Assembly (NCBI GenBank): GCA_004022145.1
Contig: RCNU01000010.1
Direction: 5' to 3' (one strand)
Source of the DNA: Paecilomyces variotii
Lineage: Eukaryota
DNA: 64,000 nucleotides
This document shows positions 62,097 to 64,000 of this stretch, one piece after another. A model generated the notes under the pieces. It was given only the letters and a program-made list of their open reading frames with translations. It searched no databases and was not told the DNA's origin. The translations under genes and the position numbers were made by a program. Every line of letters starts with the position of its first letter. The first letter of the stretch is position 1.

Positions 62097-64000
62097 CGCC
62101 CAACCCCTTTGGTTAAATTTGGCCAGCTCTCCGCCAGTATACGTGTTCGGCCATTTATGTCTTGCTGTAATAAGAGATACCTGCGATAAGACGTGCTTCC
62201 CAGCGGTTATTATTGCTCCCATTGGACCAAGAAAGACCCGGATTGACTTGTCGATCCAACAATATCAACTACTAGTTCTGGTGTCTTAATGGGGCTGCAG
62301 AATCAGCTGACGGAACGAGTTTTCATTATGAACTACCTACTTAGTTATCGTGAAGCGGTCCCGTCTCTAACGCATTAATAAGAGGTTCTAGGCCGGACTC
62401 CTGAATATAATAATAGTGGACGGGGCACAGCGGAATTACTAAAGTTAGGAGTAGTCTACAGAGTCAAAAAAAATAATAATAATTATCATAATAATAACTA
62501 ACTATTGAAGTAAACGCGCTTCCACATCGATAGCGCTGTCCTAATTGCGGGAGGCAAATGGTCTCGTGATGTGATGTGCCTGAGGCGCGTTGTTAGACTC
62601 GGATTAGATAAGCACAATATTCGACCATCCCGATTAGGAAGGACTGTTCTAGCCCGATTTGGGTTAGCATCTCGGCAACCACGACGGGCCGTAGCTCGAA
62701 AAAAGTTCCTCACTATTTCACGCGCCCTCACCTTCTAATTTTTCTCTTTGCTCGATCATCAGTCAACAGATATGGTGCACTGCACAGATGTCGTGTCAGG
62801 CACCAGCCATCTATCTCAAAAGATGGACCGATACAATGATCATCAATCTTGCTTCTGACACTAACAAGCAACTGTTCGCAGCAGCAAGCGAAACTGTAAG
62901 TGCTTTCCAGAAATTTTTGTTGAGCCACTCCTTCCGCACCCTGCATCATGATGATTTGTATCACCGCTAAACTAGAGTCTTTGACCCCCAGGGGCATGAA
63001 ACTCAATTTGCACGTCAGGCTGAACCTGCATCCTTGACATGATTTGTGTGATGGATCTAATTGCGTTGCATGATGCTAACTGCGTTGCATTTAGTAGGGC
63101 TTATATCTATTTATCTTCTAGGACCTTGAATCCAAGGTCCCAGTATCATGACAGTATCCGGTACGTTGTCATATTTGCTTTATTTCTCATTTTCCAAATG
63201 GCTTCTGTGATGATTATTCGTTTAATATACGCTGGAAATTACCGACTGAGACCTTCGGGTCGTTGGCGATAACTTTTATGGCACATAACTGAGCAGCCTT
63301 TCGGAAAATTGAGAAATTTGTTTCAATCTCTCTCGGAGACATTGCTAACATTTGTGAAGATATGTAGGCGCTCACTGTAGCAGATCTCTGCTCTGCCCAC
63401 AGATTCCATCATTATTGGTAAGCGCACAGACTCCCACAGAAGTCTTCCGAAAATATCACTTCGAAGATGAAACGGCACTGGGCTCCGACGGCGTCAAAAG
63501 GCGTTCGGTCGTGATGGACATGCCTCTTTGCGACAGGCCTAGAAAACCTCGTCCACTGAGATCTACCATTGATGTTTTTTACATGTCACTCGGATTTCGC
63601 AATAAAATTCTGACTGTGGATCCTATTTAGATCCTAAGCGAAGCTATTCTTTGTGCGCTCTAGTAATTCAAAAGGTAATGAAAATCCTCTTATGCCCCGC
63701 ACAATATGTTTTTATGATGAACACCTAGATGACGAGTCTTATTCGAGTTTTCGATGCAGACAACCTTTTTAATTTTAACCATTCATGCTTTCCTGACAAT
63801 CATTGTTGCCTCTATAATCATGGAATTTTTTCCAGAGCTAGTGCTGACTTCGGATCCATAGGTGGGGCCTCGATTGAATAGTCGACCATGCTGGAACCAA
63901 GACATCAGCCTTGAATCCTCGATGTAGGTTACAGTTACGACATCCTTCCTCTATCGCACCCATGTGATGATTCGACGTTATTTATAAAGACAAGCATATG

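Overview
Gene-dense, intron-containing euchromatic window from a filamentous ascomycete, most likely Eurotiales (Aspergillus/Paecilomyces-like; inferred from the velvet gene vosA, short GT-AG introns with CTRAC branch sites and the protein families). It holds 19 protein-coding genes and one intron-containing tRNA-Phe gene. In order: VPS60 3' end, NRAMP/Smf transporter, Rid1-like GBD protein, small mitochondrial-type hypothetical protein, peroxisomal thiolase, RraA-like aldolase, arylamine N-acetyltransferase, complex I MWFE subunit, Sas3 MYST acetyltransferase, vosA, hypothetical protein, ADE2, beta-carbonic anhydrase, aldo-keto reductase, hypothetical protein, tRNA-Phe, GPI18, BLM10, VPH1 and FBP1. 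I saw no transposon, CRISPR array or secondary-metabolite cluster, and I cannot support a wholly new biological system. The most interesting signals are in gene architecture and regulation: a carbonic anhydrase whose mitochondrial-type presequence sits inside an intron of a second, presequence-free isoform; a 4-nt micro-exon; a PTS1-like tail on the RraA-like enzyme next to a PTS2 thiolase; five CCG-N7-CCG sites upstream of FBP1; chains of canonical introns in ORF-free intergenic DNA (candidate spliced lncRNAs); and a perfect inverted repeat in the vosA 3' UTR. All exon models were built by hand from splice signals and reading frame, with no database search.
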